Of a stretch of DNA of 64,000 nt, positions 62,101 through 64,000 are shown piece after piece; within the stretch, counting starts at the first letter, position 1, and the number at the start of each line of letters is the position of its first letter. The DNA lies in assembly GCF_036321535.1 (NCBI RefSeq), contig NC_087437.1, positions 35,900,001 through 35,964,000 of the forward strand, given 5' to 3'. The position numbers and the translations under genes were made by a program. Origin of the DNA: Camelus dromedarius (taxonomy: Eukaryota). The notes under the pieces were generated by a model. It was given only the letters and a program-made list of their open reading frames with translations. It ran no database searches and was not told where the DNA came from.

Positions 62101-64000
62101 ATGAATGTTATACTATCTACATCTTTGATTAGTTTCTGAGAGAAAGAGTATAAAGATTTTTTATGTGGGGAGAAATGGGCTTGTATGTAACTATTTATGT
62201 TTAGCTAGTCACCCTTCCTGTTCCCCAAATGTCTTGCCTGGAATTACTGGCCTTTTTCACCTTCTTTACGCCTATGTGTGTCAATTCTATGCAGCTCAGA
62301 TTGCACAAACAGGCTCCTGTTTGGTGGTGTCTGCCCACACTGTCTTTCTGGTTCTTAGTTTGCTTTTCTTACTGGTTATCTGATTTTATTTGTAATAATT
62401 TTGACCTACTTCTGTGACCTGCTTTGTCAGTATCAAGTCTTTCTTTTTGAATGCCCATTGTTTATCTCCTCTTAAACTCATCTGCTCACCTATGCTCTTA
62501 TTTACCATTGCTCATTTAAGTCTTTTCTCCCAGCACTACCTTAACAGTTTCCAAGTCTGTTCTGTGTCTGTATCACTCTTCCGCTTTAAATTCTGGGATC
62601 ATCAGATTTTGTAGCCTAGAGTTTTAAGTCTGAAAGTACTCGGGATGGCAGAATTATATCTTCAGGAATTAATCTGTGAGTTTAGTGAATATTTCCCATT
62701 CTCATTATTCTTTCACTGAGAACCCAAGGGAACTTTTATCCATCCCGTGCTCACACTGAAATAGAAATGTATACACTAAAGTTTTCTAGCCTAAGTAGAC
62801 GACAGAAAGATTTGAAACATGCTTGCCTGAAATAGATAAGGTGGAGGGTTGAACTGGATTGGAAAGAAAGGAGTGGAGGAAAAGGGGGAAATCTTGACGA
62901 CAGGGAGCAGAGTAGAAGGATACAGCATCAAACTCTCCTGAGTGCTGTCTGCCTGGACAAGCTTAGTCCTCTCAGAACAAGATTTGGTAAATTTTTCAGC
63001 CTTAGAATGACAACATAAAGGAAAACCTTACTTTATGACTGAGGTAGAAATTCTCAGTTAGGAATTATCCTTTAGGTTAGGCAGTGGTGGACATAACCCC
63101 CATGTTATAATAAGATGCATTTCTATTTTTTATAAATAAAATGGTAATAAAATCTTAGCTTCTAAGAAAGAGAAGGAAATAACATATTTTCAAAACAAAA
63201 CCAGCTTCCCCTCACTGACTTTCACTTCCATGTTTTCTTATGAGTTGAATGAAGATCATTCCAGTAAGTATTTCTGTTTGAGGAATACTGTTACCTGTCT
63301 TTGATATTTTAATGTCAGCCAAAGAAATTTTTATTACTAGTTTTCAGATATTTTGTTTGAAGGGACCTGAAAGTAATAAATATAACTTAAATGACTGCAG
63401 TATCAACTTTGTTATAGACTTTTAAATTTATACTTACACAAAATAAAACTGGAAACGGTGAAAAATTATTTTATATTCAAAAACTGATACTCTTATTTAA
63501 TAATATAAAATGTTTTAGGAAAATAAAATTTAAGTCCTTGTATTGCCTATTTTGGCTTAATAAAAGAAAATTAATACTCATATGCATGTAATGATGGAAT
63601 TACATTAGTCATTTAAAAATAAAATCTTCATTTTAAGAAGTGCAAAATGAATGCAAATATTAATTATAGCCTACTTTAACTTTTAAGTACAATTACCAAC
63701 CTTTATAAATGAACCAGTGTAGGAAATCAGCCAGCAAATGTCTTTTCATTTTTCTGGTTATCAATACTTTCTGCATCATTACTGTGAAAATAATAGTGAT
63801 TTCAAAGGACATTCATTATTCTTATATTAAAAATTCAGATAACATTCACAAGTGTTACAGAATTATGATTTAAATAGAAATGACAGAATTCAGGTTGAAG
63901 CTAAATTTGAATGGTAAAGAAGAGTATTGAAGTATCTATAAAATATGTTTCTTAGGTTACTTAGTGTGACAAGGAAAAAGAAGAAAGAAAGGGAAGGAAG

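Noticed and set aside
1..64000. Prokaryotic-type systems (CRISPR array, operon), NUMT or endogenous viral ORF
   Set aside because: No regularly spaced repeats, gene-dense ORFs, mitochondrial-like or viral coding sequence seen; the DNA is mammalian non-coding.

Overview
AT-rich, CpG-depleted mammalian genomic DNA, almost certainly camelid: there is a Vic-1-type tRNA-derived SINE at 33506-33652 and several artiodactyl/camelid-type L1 3' ends. I could not support any protein-coding exon, RNA gene or processed pseudogene; the ORF-track entries are chance ORFs or decayed repeat sequence. The window reads as intergenic or deep-intronic DNA. A large fraction is recognisable interspersed repeat: old L1M/HAL1, L2, MIR, MaLR and ERVL solo LTRs, hAT-type MITEs and younger lineage L1/SINE copies with target-site duplications. 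Repeat family names come from my recollection of consensus sequences, not a database search, and boundaries of old elements are approximate (tens of bp or more). I found no convincing novel biological system. The best leads are candidate cis-regulatory modules in unique sequence (CRE/HRE/AARE cluster at ~36.6 kb, SOXE-dimer cluster at ~31.7 kb, perfect heat-shock element at ~21.0 kb, element at ~30.0-30.3 kb), a few hairpins, candidate repeat-derived exons and likely polymorphic markers.
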